Source of the DNA: Amphiscolops sp. MND2022
Lineage: Eukaryota
Reading direction: 5' to 3'
NCBI GenBank assembly: GCA_964187785.1
Contig: OZ076411.1
Location: forward strand, 73,346,001-73,410,000
DNA length: 64,000 bases
The position numbers were made by a program, and so were the translations under genes. Below are positions 27,828 to 42,170 of the stretch, in pieces. Numbering within the stretch: the stretch's first letter is position 1; each line of letters begins with the position of its first letter. The notes below the pieces were generated by a model. It did not search any database, was not told where the DNA came from, and saw only the letters and a list, made by a program, of their open reading frames with translations.

Positions 27828-28060
27828 ATCATATCATCGCAAGAATACCTTTCGTTAAAGAGTTTTGCTTTCGCTCTGCATTGAAAAAGGCAGCTTCGTC
27901 GACACAATAGTTGAACTGCAACCCATGTTTTTTCTTTACTTCGCTTCCTGACTCAGACGTTTTGCTCTTTTGACACACAGAAATGTTTTGTCTTAGTTTG
28001 TTTTTGTGATTTGTTGAACTACTTCCCTGATTTTTCGAGAAATGTGGACAACCGAAGACA
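27010..28060 (-). pseudogene. LINE ORF2 endonuclease/linker fragment, approximate bounds (copies ~22560-23375 truncated, and ~38595-39640)
   Basis: Minus frame GEKFGDLVTEENVNVLNGQNTF...GGSVIGL resembles the late APE motifs. It reads continuously across 27827. Confidence 0.6.
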
Positions 28061-28320
28061 AAACCATGTATTTCGTCACAAGCATTATAGAACCAACGAA
28101 ATTGGTAACTTTACCAATGGCAGTTTTTTGCAGTTATTGTGCAATTATACGCCTCTTGTGCTGCGATTCTAGTGAATTTTAGTCGGCTGATTTTAGAAAA
28201 AAAATGCGCCTAAAATTTGCAGTCCACTTTTACAATCTTCACCCACCACAAGCCTGCGGCCGCTATGGCCCAACACGATATATCTGAATTTTTGTATCCA
28301 GAGTAAACTGTGTTTTACTA

Positions 28321-29574
28321 CAATGATGAACTTTTCATTACGAACACTACCCTTTTATGACAATTTAAACACAAAAAAAAACAATTTTGGACAATAGGAT
28401 GAAAATATATACAAAAGAACGTTCGAGAATCTCAATTTTTAGTGGGACCTCCTCCGTTTTTGATTAATTCTGCTATTCTGTCTGGCATTGACATAGCTAA
28501 TTTGTCGCAATGCTTCGGGTGTTATAACACTTTCCCATGGTAATGCACATTTTCTTACGAAATCGTCTTGTCCCTTGGGGAGCATTTGCCTGACTTTCCG
28601 TTTCAGAATAAATCAAGCATTTTCAATGAGGTTGACATCTGGACTGTTTCCTGACCAGCTGATCGAATACTTGAATATTTTCCTCCAGGAAAAATCTGGA
28701 AACTCTATTAGCTCTATGACAAGGAGCATTGTCATGCATAAATATATCAGCCTGATGTTGTAACATTTCGCTTTGAAGCATCTCACCTAATGAACGCTCA
28801 TATTTTTCTCCATTTACATTTCCCTAGTTTCGTAAACTTTCAATTCACTCTACAGCTGCCTTATCGTAATGGAAATTGGCGGTTGTAGGTACCTTGTACA
28901 TGGCGCTCTCAGAACAATTACCGTTGGTGAAACTGACGTATCACGGTTTCATCGGAGGAGAGAACTTTTGCCTAATCTTCCAAGGAAAACGCATCGTAAC
29001 GTTTTGCAAGTTGCAGCTCCTGCGACGCATAGGCTTGGTTGAAAGTGGTTTTCTGGCTGCTCGATAACCATTTAGGTTGAATTTCTTACGTAGGATTCGT
29101 CGAATAAACAAGCGGAATAAGTTATCCCATATGGTTTTAGGTTCTTTTCAAGGTCACTGGAAGTTGCAAATTGATTACGTTAAACTTTTTGAAACAAAGT
29201 GCGCAAAGTTCGTTCAGAATACCTCGATTTCTTTTGGAATGTTGCTCTGGGTTTTTTGAGACCCGATGATGCATTTTTTTCCGTATTTTGCAACAAGAAG
29301 TGGCTGAAGTGTTCAATACTTGGGCAGTTTTTCGGTATGATAAAACAAGTTTGATAAGCATCATTACTCTCTCTTTCACCTCTAAAGAATGGTCTTTTCT
29401 GCGCCCATTTAGTAAATGTATGTTGGAACGTAAATGTATGTTGAATTCTAAATGATATAATAACGTTTTCAATGTTTTTAAAAACCGAATGTGACGTGTG
29501 AAAGCAAAATGTGTGAATAAACTTTTCCTATAACATGAAAATTGTTAATGTTCATAATGATACGTTCATCACTG
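28321..29574 (-). mobile_element. Full-length defective Tc1-like DNA transposon (1254 bp)
   Basis: TA on both flanks (28319-20, 29575-76). 26-bp TIRs CAATGATGAACTTTTCATTACGAACA / CAGTGATGAACGTATCATTATGAACA (4 mismatches). Transposase motifs GRRKDHSLEVKERV, GYRAARKP, SDET, HDNAPCH and NSPDVNLIE across frameshifts. Confidence 0.93.
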
Positions 29575-32500
29575 TAGATAGGAAGCTAATGTCCAAGATT
29601 TGGTCGCTATATCCGACATTTGGACGTTTGATTGGAAGTAAATTGCGTTTTACTAAGGAGGAGCGTGATGTTCAAGTTCACCCTCCATTGGTTCCAGTAC
29701 GCTATATCGGAACGTTTGACGTTATATCCGAATATATCCGAAATTAATTAAAGTTTTGCGCTTTTTGAGCCTTAAGCGGGGATGCCGACTTGAGACGTTG
29801 GCCTTTTATTACTTTCAGAAAATGAAACAATTTGATTATTTAAGTTTTTAAAAACGTGGACAATGGGAACTTTAGACAACTAGTTATCTTTTTTCCACTG
29901 GTTATGTTCTTCCTTTGGAACTTTGGCACAGCCTACCTTCCAGTAGTTTTACTGTATTGCTGAGAACCTCGGAAAAGAATGTCATTCTCTTTGGAAAAAC
30001 CGATACACGAGATCATTGGTCCAATAGGCTGAAATGGGTTGCTGAAAAGTTGCTTCTATGAGCAGCAAGATTTCCTTGAGTTCAAATCGTTGAAGTTACC
30101 GCCTTGTAATTTCAGCTATTCAGCGCGTCCTTTTTTTTATTCACCCCAGAGTTTGTCTTTGGCTGTTTTTAAAGCTACCTTACTGATGATATCAGAGCAT
30201 ATTTTACACGGCTTTTGTCGTTGCTCCCAGATATCCGATAGCTTTCCTGGAGGAATCGAGCTCAAACCCAGAGAATACTCAGAATTTTTATTCGAATCAA
30301 AGCAAAAAATGATTTATATCGTAAAATAAAAATTATTGATTATTTTTCTTGTTCAACCTATGCATTATCGTTTTTCTTTGCGATACTATTGGTCAAACTC
30401 AAAATGATATTTGGACGAAATATGATCTCCAACAAATTAGTTGACTTTGCTCTGAGCTTGATTGAAGGTACACCGAATTCGGCTGGATTAGAACGTCTGT
30501 TTCTACCGCTGGACTTACTCATGGATTACTCATTATATGTTGGGCGGTCAAGTGAATCCGAGTCCTTTTTTCCGCTGCAATTGGCACACCTGACAGGTTG
30601 ATTGCCTTTGCAGCTGTCCAGATTGCCCGTCACTTTCGAATGGCAAATGGAACGGATATGTCCGCACTTCTGACAATGGTAGCAGCGTATTATTCGTATT
30701 CCTTGCAGGATTAATTCTACATGTTGATAGGGGAAATGGAAAAAAACGGTCAGTTGTTGTCTTCTCAAACTGAGCTTTTACGGAAAAGGTCAGTTTGACA
30801 GTTTACACTGTTTTCCTATCGTTTTTGACAAATCTTTTGACTCTGACGCTTGGGAAAACATACGGTGGGGATGAAGCTGATGCCATTTTCGACAAATCTA
30901 ACGGAAACCCTCTTATGACGGTGCTGTGGTCATTTTTAGCACTCGTTTTTTGATCGAACGAGGAGTCACTCTCAAAAAATTCAGCCTTCCATCCTTTCAA
31001 AACCTAGTCAGCCTCCTCTGATGATGTGAACATAAGATGTACACTACGCGATGCGGTAATAAATGCGTAAACTAACTTCTTGTTTGAAAGTATGGAAGCA
31101 AACGCTCTTTTGATTTCGATACTTTCTCTGAACTTTCGATTTGTCTTGATCTGCAATATTTTGCGAGGATCACGGGTTTGTCTTGTTCCACTCTTGTTGT
31201 CAGTCGTACGTATCGTTTGAGTTACGTTTCATTGGTTTCACTTTATCCCCATAGTACTCGAGAGGTTGGAATGGTGCCGGGTGGTCAAGCATAAATTTGA
31301 TGGTAAGTAGGTGCTTTTTCATGGATTCCAAAATTTGTCATCAGTATTCCTAACTTCAGACTCTTTGTTAGTGTTGACTTATCGCCTTTAAGGTTTCCCA
31401 GACGTTAAAAGCACGACCCTGAAGTTGCTTATCTTCGCATTTGGAGGAAAACCAATGAACAAAGGCAAACATTGAATGTATTGGTGGGTACTTTAGGTCA
31501 AAGCGGCCACAAAATCCATACCACCACGATACACATCCGTACAACATATTGACCTTTTTCCGTTTCTTGAACAATATTTTTTTCTATGGTGTGAAAATGA
31601 AGCATTTATTACGTTGTATCAAATGATAGACCTAACTTTACTGAGAGATCCTCGAGTAAGTATTTTTCGAAAAATTGTTCAACGGTTGATGATTTTATCG
31701 TTGAAACTAAACACAGGGAACGAAAAAAGCTGCGAACAAACTACTTTTCAGTTTTGTAAGCGATGGAGTCACGCGTTCTGTACATTGAACTAGCGCCAAC
31801 AAAGAATACAATGTAATTAGTAAGAGAAATGAGTGTGTGTACCAAATAATATAAAATTGAGAAAGAAAAGCAAGAAAAAACAGTTCTGATGGAGGCCAAT
31901 TGGCAGAAGACAGACCCACAGAACAGTCCCATAGACCAAAGTGTCACGGTTGTCAAAAGATTTCCCGATTCCAGCTAGAAGTGAACAATCATTTTAATCA
32001 ATAATTTCTCTTTTTAAATGATTTATGACATCAAAGGACAGAAACCGATCGAACATTTTGAACGCTTATCAAGTGTAAGCTTAAGTGCTAGTGGTTGAAC
32101 GCCGTTGAAATGTGAATCTGAAGCTTGATGATCAGCAGCTACGGAATTGTGTAGCGCAAAGATGCCATTGTGGGGAAGAGGTTGACGGGGACGATTCACA
32201 CGGTCTTTCTTGCAACAAAAGTGCGGATTGCATCAGCTAATCCTAACTCACTCATGAAGCAGAAGTTGGGACTTCTCGATTTACATTTAATGCTGGAACC
32301 CCGTGGACTGTACTTGTCAGACAGCAAACGGTACAGATGGTGTTACCATGATTCCGTGGTGAACGGATGAGCAGTTGGTTTGGGATGTCACAATTGTCGA
32401 TGCCATTGCATCCAGCCGCTTGAATCAAGGCTTCCTGGGCTACCCTGGAACTATCGCCACCAATGCAGAATCACGGAAGCTCGAGAGCTAGCATGGACTG

Positions 32501-33279
32501 AGGATTGATCATCCGCTGGAAACAGGTCTATTGAAGTAGCTCTAATTTAAGGTGGTAACACAGAGATCTAACACAAATGATCTGAACATTCAGATCTAAA
32601 CTTTTGTTTTGATACTGAACAGATCTAATCTGAGCTAAAGAAGCGTGTCAGAGTTAGGCTAAAAACTTATTATAACGTAGTCTGTTTTGTTAACTCATCC
32701 CTAGTACCCTAAATACAGAAGCGAAGCCAAGCAGAGCGACGCGTCATACGACCAAGCCTCAATGTCACAACTTGGCGAATGGACCAGAGCGACCGAGCCG
32801 TACAACAAATATGATAATTGTTTCACACAAATCAAGTTACATAAATATTGGCTGTAGCAGCACTAAAAGCTGGTAAAAAAAACACAAATTAGACCATGAA
32901 GATATTAGACCTCAACTTTCTAGATCAATGTAGATCTAAAAGTTAGATAAAAAACAACTTCCTTCAAACCTAATAAATTATATCAAAGGGTTGTGATCTC
33001 AATGGCTCTACAAATCGGCAATGCTGCAAGTGTTAAGCACCAGTGAGAAACAGTTTTGCCTTCGGAGAATTGTATTTGAGTTTTTACTTTTTGTTGGATA
33101 GCAGAGTTCATCTAAAGACTGAATCTACATAGTGTACATTTGATCTGTGGACTTGTTCAGTTTGTTTGTTGTTTCTGACATGCGTATAGTACTTTTGTGT
33201 TTATTTTGTTTATCTTGAATTTTGTTTCAAGTTTTTGCTTGTCTGACTAGTACCTGTATTCTTCAATATAGTTGGGGAT

Positions 33280-36200
33280 GGGGTTAGATCCAAGGTTGTA
33301 TTTCCCTCCTCTAGGGATAGATGCTTCGTCAGTTTTACTCATTTCCCGATTTTCTGGGCACTGTAATATCTACACCTTTTTTCGAAGCAGTTTCAGTATC
33401 CCCCAAATTACGGCAGTCCGTGACATCATTTGAAAACTCTGCAGAGTTAGGCGTCTCGCCTTGTGATGTCGGCGTGTGTAGCGGCTAGTGGCCGGTCTCG
33501 GCTTTTTTTCATTCTCTTCATTGCTGTCGCGTTCATTCTTATCGGTAACGTCACTGTCGGCTAGACTGCTTGGTCATTACTCGCTACTCGCGTGGCCGTA
33601 TCCGGCATATTTTTTTGTCTCAGCTCAAACAGCTCGTAATAGAAGTCGACTTCCCATGAGATAGTGTACAATTTGCCTTGCAGGATTATTATCTCTTGGT
33701 CTCGCTGTAATGTCTCCTTACGATATTTCCTCTAAAGGTGTCTTTGGGGGACAAATGTTTTGAGCCTTATGCGATGTAAAACTTGCGTTTTATTGGAGAT
33801 GATGCGACAAACTACACAGCTATCATTGAGCAAATCTTTTTCGATAACATAAGGACCGATCCTTTTGTGGACCCTAGGATATCTGCTTTTCCTGTAAAAA
33901 CAAAGCAAATTTCTTTCAGCATATTATTGTTGGGCTTCCTGTCGTGTTATTCTTTGTACTTCAGGTAGGATTGCATTATACTTTTTTTGGTCTTGTGGAT
34001 AAGTACTCGTGTCCTTTGCTGTAAGTCCTTCGCAAATTCGGTCGTTCGTAGAAAACTTTTGTTAGGGTTAATCCCGAGTTTATGATCTACGACATTGTAG
34101 GGAATGCGTTCATGGAAGACCTTGCTTATCTCACATCCAATACTAGAGTGGTATGTAGTTTTGTAATTAAGCACTGGTCATGGCAATTATTTGTGCTTGT
34201 GACGTCGGTGTTTGCACGGAGCCATATTCAAGCTCGACGTGAGAGATGCGTGCGTCCTTTCAAGCTTTTCAATGCTTTGTGGGTGATTGGTGGTAACACA
34301 TTTGACTGTTATTCTCAAATTTCAAGTTTTTTCCGCTATCATTGTCGACGTAAATGCCGACCCTTCGTCGGTGATAAGTGTTGTTAGCAAATATGAGTGT
34401 GTTGTCATTTTGTCGATTGTCACGTCGGCTGCATTTGAGAAACTGTGTCCTCAATTAGCGGGTAGGCAAACAAGTATCTCGAAAACACGTCAATTACCGT
34501 CATCACTATCACTGGGTGGTATCCGCCGCTGGTCGGTAGATTTGCACGGTGTCTTCTGGGCCTAAAACCCCCTCCGACAATTTCTACCCTTTTTTTGACG
34601 TGTTTTCAATTCTTGGGTAGTAGTACAAATTTTCTGTAGAGTTTTGGATATGCCGGACTTTTGTTGGCCGTCCGATGTAGGACCTGGAAAAGTTTTTCAA
34701 CAGGTGTTTTGGTAGTAAAACTTGATGATATTTGATTTGTCCTGTTTCGTCGTAAAACTGCTTTGTCAATAGGTCGTCCTTGAGGACTAAATGGTCAAAG
34801 TTGTTAAATTATTGCTTGTACCGAAATTCTTGCTGCAGAATTTTTGTTCTGAGTTTTTGCTTTCAATTGTAGCAAGATTGGGCCTTTAGATTATTCCAAG
34901 AGTATTTGGTTTGTTTGGCGTACTCCCTGAGTGAAATTAGTAATTTCATTAACGATAATATCCGATATGGCGTCAAATGGAAATACAGTTTCATCGACCA
35001 CCGAGCAGTTCTTGGACATTTTTTTCGTTCTCACACTTGATGTTCTGTTTCAGTGTCGCCCTCCGTGAAAATCACTTGCTCCTCTTAAGAAACAGACTGA
35101 TTGGACACTTATCTCAATAGGCCTGGTCTCGACATCTTCACAAGATTTCGATACCAGTTTTTCTTTTGGGTCCTTTTCATACGTGACATGTAGTCAGCTG
35201 CGGCATTGTTCTTGCCTGGAATGTAGGCTTTGATGAAGTTATATTGGACCGTAATTGGATGCGTTCCAGACCGGCAGTCGTACTGTTTTAGTCTGGAGGA
35301 ACGTCGTTACCAATTTGTTATCTGTGAGGATAAAGATCGGTTCAAATGTACCCCAAAATATATGTCCAAACTGTTTGAAGGCGTAGTTTACGGCAAAGAA
35401 TTCCTTTGCATATTTTGACATTTTGACCTGAGATGGAGTAAATGCCTTCGATCCATAAACAATAGTCGCATAGTACTTCTTGACAAAAGTGTTTTTCTGA
35501 TTTGGGTAGTCTTCGTTCAAGATAGCATAATCTGTTGCCGTGAAACTCGCATCAGTCATTAGGGCTGGTTGGCAGAGGTTGCATCAAGGCCAAAATACTG
35601 CACTTGAAAAGGTTTTGGTTGATTTCATGGAATTGTTGTATCAACTCCGTAGTCACCAGGACTTTTGTTCCTTTTTGAGAGGTTGAAAAAATGGCGCTTA
35701 TAATCTTGGAGTATAATTCCTGTAGTATTAATGGAACCCGAGATATCTTTATGATGCCTTTTTAGATTCGGCAATTTTGTCGTTTCCAAGAAGGTTGTTT
35801 CTTTCCTTCTGAGACTTCCGTCCCTTTGGGTTATTGTTTTTCCCAGGATGTCAATATCGGTTGCGCTAGGGTATCATATATGCATTGTCAGTTCCTATCC
35901 GCATTCAAAAACTTCTCCCAGGTTTTTCATGAGGTAGTCGGCGTCGTTGGCTGCTATGCCGATGTCGTCCAAGTATTGGGCAAAAAAGACCGCTTTTGAA
36001 TATCTGTCTAGAATTTCTTGCATGAACCTTGAAGAGAATGACCGAGCCCGGATAAGGCCTTACGCCAATCTCCTGTATGCAAACGTCCTACTGACGACAC
36101 TGAAAGCAATCATTTCAATCGACCGTTGGTCCCCCATTTAGAGGCAGTGGTAAGCTTATGAACAGTCAAGTTTGCAAAGGAGTTTCTTTCCGGCCATTTG

Positions 36201-38240
36201 TTGCACAGCGCCTGTGGGGGTACTCACCGGGTGATTATTGTTTATGCAATCATCTGAGATAACGTTATTTATTTTAGGTCAACTAGCAGTCTCAGTTTCC
36301 AATTCGGTTTATTCTGCGCAATGTTTGGACTTGCATATTTTGAAAATACCAGTGTGGTGATTAATCCATTTTGGTGGAGGAACGCCAAATGGACTAGTAT
36401 GCCCTCCTTTAGATTGACTGGAGTTGGAAGATTCTGGCTATAAGCAGGTGAATCGTCCTTGGGGTCAGTTGGACTGGGATTTCTTCATTCATTCCAATGT
36501 CAAACATCTGTCCTGCAAAAATGTAATGAATTTCGACGTGGAGCATTTCAATTCTTTCGATTTCATGGTGTTTGAGCATTGAGTCCTTTCAGTCAAAGTT
36601 ATATAGCAATATGCGACGTCGACCTGCTCATCCAGTTTTTTTGGCTTCTTGCAAGTACAGTAGACCTTGTAGGATTCGCTTTGGTTTTCGCCCTTGTCGG
36701 ACTATTCTTCCTCTGGGTTTTCAGGTGTCGGAAAGCAATTTTGTTCGTGTTAGTCGTTGTTTAGGTTTGGTTTACAGAAGCTGCTGATATAGTAGGCCGC
36801 GTTGTCTTCGTTTTCGTTCAGTAGATTCCAATTGGACACTGGGTCCAGGGATTTGGCATGCTTCATCTGTTCCGGTGTCATGACTCAAAAATTAGTTCTA
36901 TGGAGGCCCTTTTAGTGTTTTTATGGTTGATCAGTGAAGTTAATAACATGAACCTTCGCTGTCCTTTCTGACTGTCAGAAGATTGCGGCCAAAACGTTAC
37001 ATCACTTTCCTCATGCAGAATGTCACTGGGCTGTAGGATTCTTGTGACTACATATTCGCAGTAACTCTGGGACTGAATGATAACGACTGTGGGTTAGTTC
37101 GGTGAAATCTTTACGTCTTCCGGTTCAAAACGTCAACTTCGAATTTCAATTTGACGGTGCTTTGGCGTTTCTAGTTGACCATTTGCAACCATAATGTGTA
37201 AAGATGATGCATAACCATCCTTGGGTTTTGTTTGTGGGGCTAAGAGGCGAATTTTACTGAGATCAGCCTGGGGATTGCGCTAGATAAGGCCCCAGTGTCT
37301 ATCAGTATTCTCTAAAGTTCATTGGGAAACATAGCTTCCGCCGTTTGTTTTTAAGTCCGAAGTTCGTTGAGAGGGATATATATGCTGGTTCCCCTTAAAT
37401 AGCGAACAATTCATGTAGGAAGGCCTACTCGTCGAGTAAGCTGACTGTATTTTGAAGCTCTTCCTCCTCATGTTGGTAAGCCTCTATTTCACTTGTAGTA
37501 TTGGTTTTAGCATTTGGCTGCCAAAATTCAAGGGCCCGAGATAATATGTTGTCCGCTATCTTCTGATCGTCCTCGTTGCCAGTTGGAGGAAGTCTTTGCA
37601 TTCAAAATGCAATTTCTGCTGTTAACTATGAGGAATCGTCCCAGTACAGAAACAGATCAGTAGCATAGTATGGGTCGTAATAATTAGAACTGTAGTCTTC
37701 GATCGTTTGTAGCTGAAAAATTAAGCCTCGATACCTGCAGTGTAGTCTATTGGTAAGGATTTCGGCGAATATTGTGAAGAATTTTAAAACTTTCGATTTT
37801 GGCTTTGTCCATCTGTTGCTGAAAACTAGAGAGGGTGTCCCAACTGTTCCTTTGATGAATTGACTAGTTCAATGATTGGAGGGTAAGAGATGACGTATTG
37901 TCGTACCGACATGTAGTCATGTATTTGGAGTCGTGGCAAATTTGGTTTTTTGACACAGGATTCTTGGATGTCGATTGGTCTGATGTAGACACATTATGGT
38001 CATGCACCTTTTTGGAATTTCCCTAGTCTCCAGAAGCATAAGTTGCTCTGTCGTCAGATCCAGTCCTTTTTGGACGTAGATGCACCCCAGCAATTTTTCA
38101 GGATGTCTCTGTGGGATGATTAGCTTCACCACAACGTGGGCTTTCGGTTTATTTAGGATGCTGGAACTTTTTGCCTTTTTTGTCATCTTTTTCCCGCTTC
38201 TTTTTTTCACTTTTAGACATTTTTTCTAAAAACGGTCATT
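33280..38240 (-). mobile_element. Third copy of the minus-strand Gypsy element (from the 11.6-kb duplication)
   Basis: RNase H ORF 35239-35559; integrase pieces 34269-34769; gag-region ORF 37917-38210. Confidence 0.9.
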
Positions 38241-39902
38241 CACCTTGCAGTAGGTACATTGAGCGTTTTTGTTTGTGCCAGTGTCATTTGACAATATATT
38301 TTTGTTGTTGCTGGATGTTGATGTTATCGTGGCTATTGGGAAATTGACTCCTCTAGTGCGTTGAAATTTAGTTCTCTTTCGAGATGTTCCACAAAACTCT
38401 CGCTTCCACTCGCTTCACGCTAATACAAATGGTCGGTTTAGGTTGCGACGAGATTGTATAAGTACTTGCATTCTTTTCATCATAAAATAAAAATGAGGCC
38501 TTGAACGTGGTTGAAGTAAAAGACAGATGACATACTGGTTAAAACAATTTTGTGAGTGGTGTCAAAATGAGGAGGGTTTCTTTCTTTAACAAAAAGAGAA
38601 ATCTGATTAATAAGGCTATTTGTTAAGCAATTTGCTTCAGATTAAGAATAGCAACGAGTTTGTGCAAACTTTGGAGAAGGCCACAACGGCCAACCATCTT
38701 GTGTGTTTCCATGCGACACTTGGCCTTTAATTGGAAGCACAGTAAATTGACGCAACGTATTGTTAAATAAACGCCTTTTGATTGGCAACTGCAATTTTGG
38801 ATGACTTGTCCGCTACGCCAGGCGAGAAGGCATTTAACACGTTTCCTTCTCGCTTGTAGGTTTGGTGTCCAATAATAGCGCTGTATAATGGTGCTGGTGG
38901 CAACTCAAACAATTAACTAGATGTAGAGTTGTATGAAAAACAACTAAACGTCTAGTTTTGATGGAGAAGAAGTTTACAGATGTCTTTATGGTGTTCCTGT
39001 CAGTTAGTCCAGGGGATGGTCCCCAGAAAGGCCCTGTGGTAGTTGTAGATTTAAATGTTGGTTAAAGAAAAAATCTCCGAAATAGTTCTAAGAGTCTTTC
39101 AGAAGGGCCGAAACAAGAGTTGCTTGTTATAACAGAACAACCAGGCAAGGCTGATATGGATCGCTGAGAAGCTGCTTGCAGTTCATGCACGTTTTAGCAG
39201 CTCAGTGTGGTAGTCAAGGCGAATTTCTCGGTTCATTCCTGCTACTCCAGCCGTAACGGTGCAGAGACCAATGACACTGCCTCCTTCTTCTATCGATTTG
39301 AAGGTGTTTTGACCATTCAAGACATTCACGTTTTCCTCTGTTACAAGGTCTCCAAACTTTTCGCCATAAAATTCATTAGATGGTCTCCCCAGTGGGAATC
39401 AACCATAGTGATCATATCATCGCAAGAATACCTTTCGTTAAAGAGTTTTGCTTTCGCTTTGCATTGAAAAAGGCAGCTTCGTCGACACAATAGTTGAACT
39501 GCAACCCATGTTTTTTCTTTACTTCGCTTCCTGACTCAGAAGTTTTGCTCTTTTGACACACAGAAATGTTTTGTCTTAGTTTGTTTTTGTGATTTGTTGA
39601 ACTACTTCCCTGATTTTCGAGAAATGTGGACAACCGAAGACAAAACCATGTATTTCGTCACAAGCATTATAGAACCAACGAAATTGGTAACTTTACCAAT
39701 GGCAGTTTTTTGCAGTTATTGTGCAATTATACGCCTCTTGTGCTGCGATTCTAGTGAATTTTAGTCGGCTGATTTTAGAAAAAAAATGCGCCTAAAATTT
39801 GCAGTCCACTTTTACAATCTTCACCCACCACAAGCCCGCGGCCGCTATGGCCCAACACGATATATCTGAATTTTTGTATCCAGAGTAAACTGTGTTTTAC
39901 TA

Positions 39903-41155
39903 CAATGATGAACTTTTCATTACAAACACTACCCTTTTATGACAATTTAAACACAAAAAAAACAATTTTGAACAATAGGATGAAAATATATACAAAAGAA
40001 CGTTCGAGAATCTCAATTTTTAGTGGGACCTCCTCTGTTTTTGATTAATTCTGCTATTTTGTCTGGCATTGACATAGCTAATTTGTCGCAATGCTTCGGG
40101 TGTTATAACATTTTCCCATGGTAATGCAAATTTTCTTACGAAATCGTCTTGTCCCTTGGGGAGCATTTGCCTGACTTTCCGTTTCAGAATAAATCAAGCA
40201 TTTTCAATGAGGTTGACATCTGGACTGTTTCCTGACCAGCTGATCGAATACTTGAATATTTTCCTCCAGGAAAAATCTGGAAACTCTATTAGCTCTATGA
40301 CAAGGAGCATTGTCATGCATGAATATATCAGCCTGATGTTGTAACATTTCGCGTTGAAGCATCTCACCTAATAAACGCTCATATTTTTCTCCATTTACAT
40401 TTCCCTAGTTTCGTAAACTTTCAATTCACTCTACAGCTGCCTTATCGTAATGGAAATTGGCGGTTGTAGGTACCTTGTACATGGCGCTCTCCGAACAATT
40501 ACCGTTGGTGAAACTGACGTATCACGGTTTCATCGGAGGAGAGAACTTTTGCCTAATCTTCCAAGGAAAACGCATCGTAACGTTTTGCAAGTTGCAGCTC
40601 CTGCGACGCATAGGCTTGGTTGAAAGTGGTTTTCTGGCTGCTCGATAACCATTTAGGTTGAATTTCTTACGTAGGATTCGTCGAATAAACAAGCGGAATA
40701 AGTTATCCCATATGGTTTAAGGTTCTTTTCAAGGTCACTGGAAGTTGCAAATTGATTACGTTAAACTTTTTGAAACAAAGTGCGCAAAGTTCGTTCAGAA
40801 TACCTCGATTTCTTTTGGAATGTTGCTCTGGGTTTTTTGAGACCCGATGATGCATTTTTTTCCGTATTTTGCAACAAGAAGTGGCTGAAGTGTTCAATAC
40901 TTGGGCAGTTTTTCGGTATGATAAAACAAGTTTGATAAGCATTATTACTCTCTCTTTCACCTCTAAAGAATGGTCTTTTCTGCGCCCATTTAGTAAATGT
41001 ATGTTGGAACGTAAATGTATGTTGAATTCTAAATGATATAATAACGTTTTCAATGTTTTTAAAAACCGGATGTGACGTGTGAAAGCAAAATGTGTGAATA
41101 AACTTTTCCTATAACATGAAAATTGTTAATGTTCGTAATGATACGTTCATCACTG
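39903..41155 (-). mobile_element. Duplicate of the Tc1-like element
   Basis: Same TA-flanked TIRs (3 mismatches in this copy) and N-terminal ORF 40703-41053. Confidence 0.93.
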
Positions 41156-41529
41156 TAGATAGGAAGCTAATATCCAAGATTTGGTCGCTATATCCGACAT
41201 TTGGACGTTTGATTGGAAGTAAATTGCGTTTTACTAAGGAGGAGCGTGATGTTCAAGTTCACCCTCCATTGGTTCCAGTACGCTATATCGGAACGTTTGA
41301 CGTTATATCCGAATATATCCGAAATTAATTAAAGTTTTGCGCTTTTTGAGCCTTAAGCGGGGATGCCGACTTGAGACGTTGGCCTTTTTTTACTTTCAGA
41401 AAATGAAACAATTTGATTATTTAAGTTTTAAAAAACGTGGACAATGGGAACTTTAGACAACTAGTTATCTTTTTTCCACTGGTTATGTTCTTCCTTTGGA
41501 ACTTTGGCACAGCCTACCTTCCAGTAGTT

Positions 41530-42170
41530 TTACTGTATTGCTGAGAACCTCGGAAAAGAATGTCATTCTCTTTGGAAAAACCGATACACGAGATCATTGG
41601 TCCAATAGGCTGAAATGGGTTGCTGAAAAGTTGCTTCTATGAGCAGCAAGATTTCCTTGAGTTCAAATCGTTGAAGTTACCGCCTTGTAATTTCAGCTAT
41701 TCAGCGCGTCCTTTTTTTTATTCACCCCAGAGTTTGTCTTTGGCTGTTTTTAAAGCTACCTTACTGATGATATCAGAGCATATTTTACACGGCTTTTGTC
41801 GTTGCTCCCAGATATCCGATAGCTTTCCTGGAGGAATCGAGCTCAAACCCAGAGAATACTCAGAATTTTTATTCGAATCAAAGCAAAAAATGATTTATAT
41901 CGTAAAATAAAAATTATTGATTATTTTTCTTGTTCAACCTATGCATTATCGTTTTTCTTTGCGATACTATTGGTCAAACTCAAAATGATATTTGGACGAA
42001 ATATGATCTCCAACAAATTAGTTGACTTTGCTCTGAGCTTGATTGAAGGTACACCGAATTCGGCTGGATTAGAACGTCTGTTTCTACCGCTGGACTTACT
42101 CATGGAAGTCTTCGATCTCGTTTCGAAGTGGAAAAATGCGAAAAACTGGTTTTTCTGTACCGAGTACTAA
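41530..42170 (+). pseudogene. hAT transposase C-terminal remnant, approximate start (truncated copy ~29950-30525)
   Basis: With one frameshift: TPNSAGLERLFSTAGLTHGSLRSRFEVEKCEKLVFLY, the hAT dimerisation-domain ERxFS motif. Confidence 0.7.

Larger units (their letters stand above)
14490..42106. repeat. Older tandem duplication, unit ~11.6 kb (14490-30525, which contains the 4.45-kb duplication, versus 30533-42106)
   Basis: ORF pairs 17771/33783, 27624/39207, 30039/41620. The shared sequence ends at ...cttactcatgga (30525/42106). More substitutions and indels (7, 10, 25 and 40 bp) than in the other two duplications. Confidence 0.95.

Noticed and set aside
28321-41155. CpG-biased decay (methylation signature) between duplicate copies
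   Set aside because: A few CpG transitions are visible (for example in the Tc1 TIR), but most differences I noted are not at CpG. A proper count is needed.
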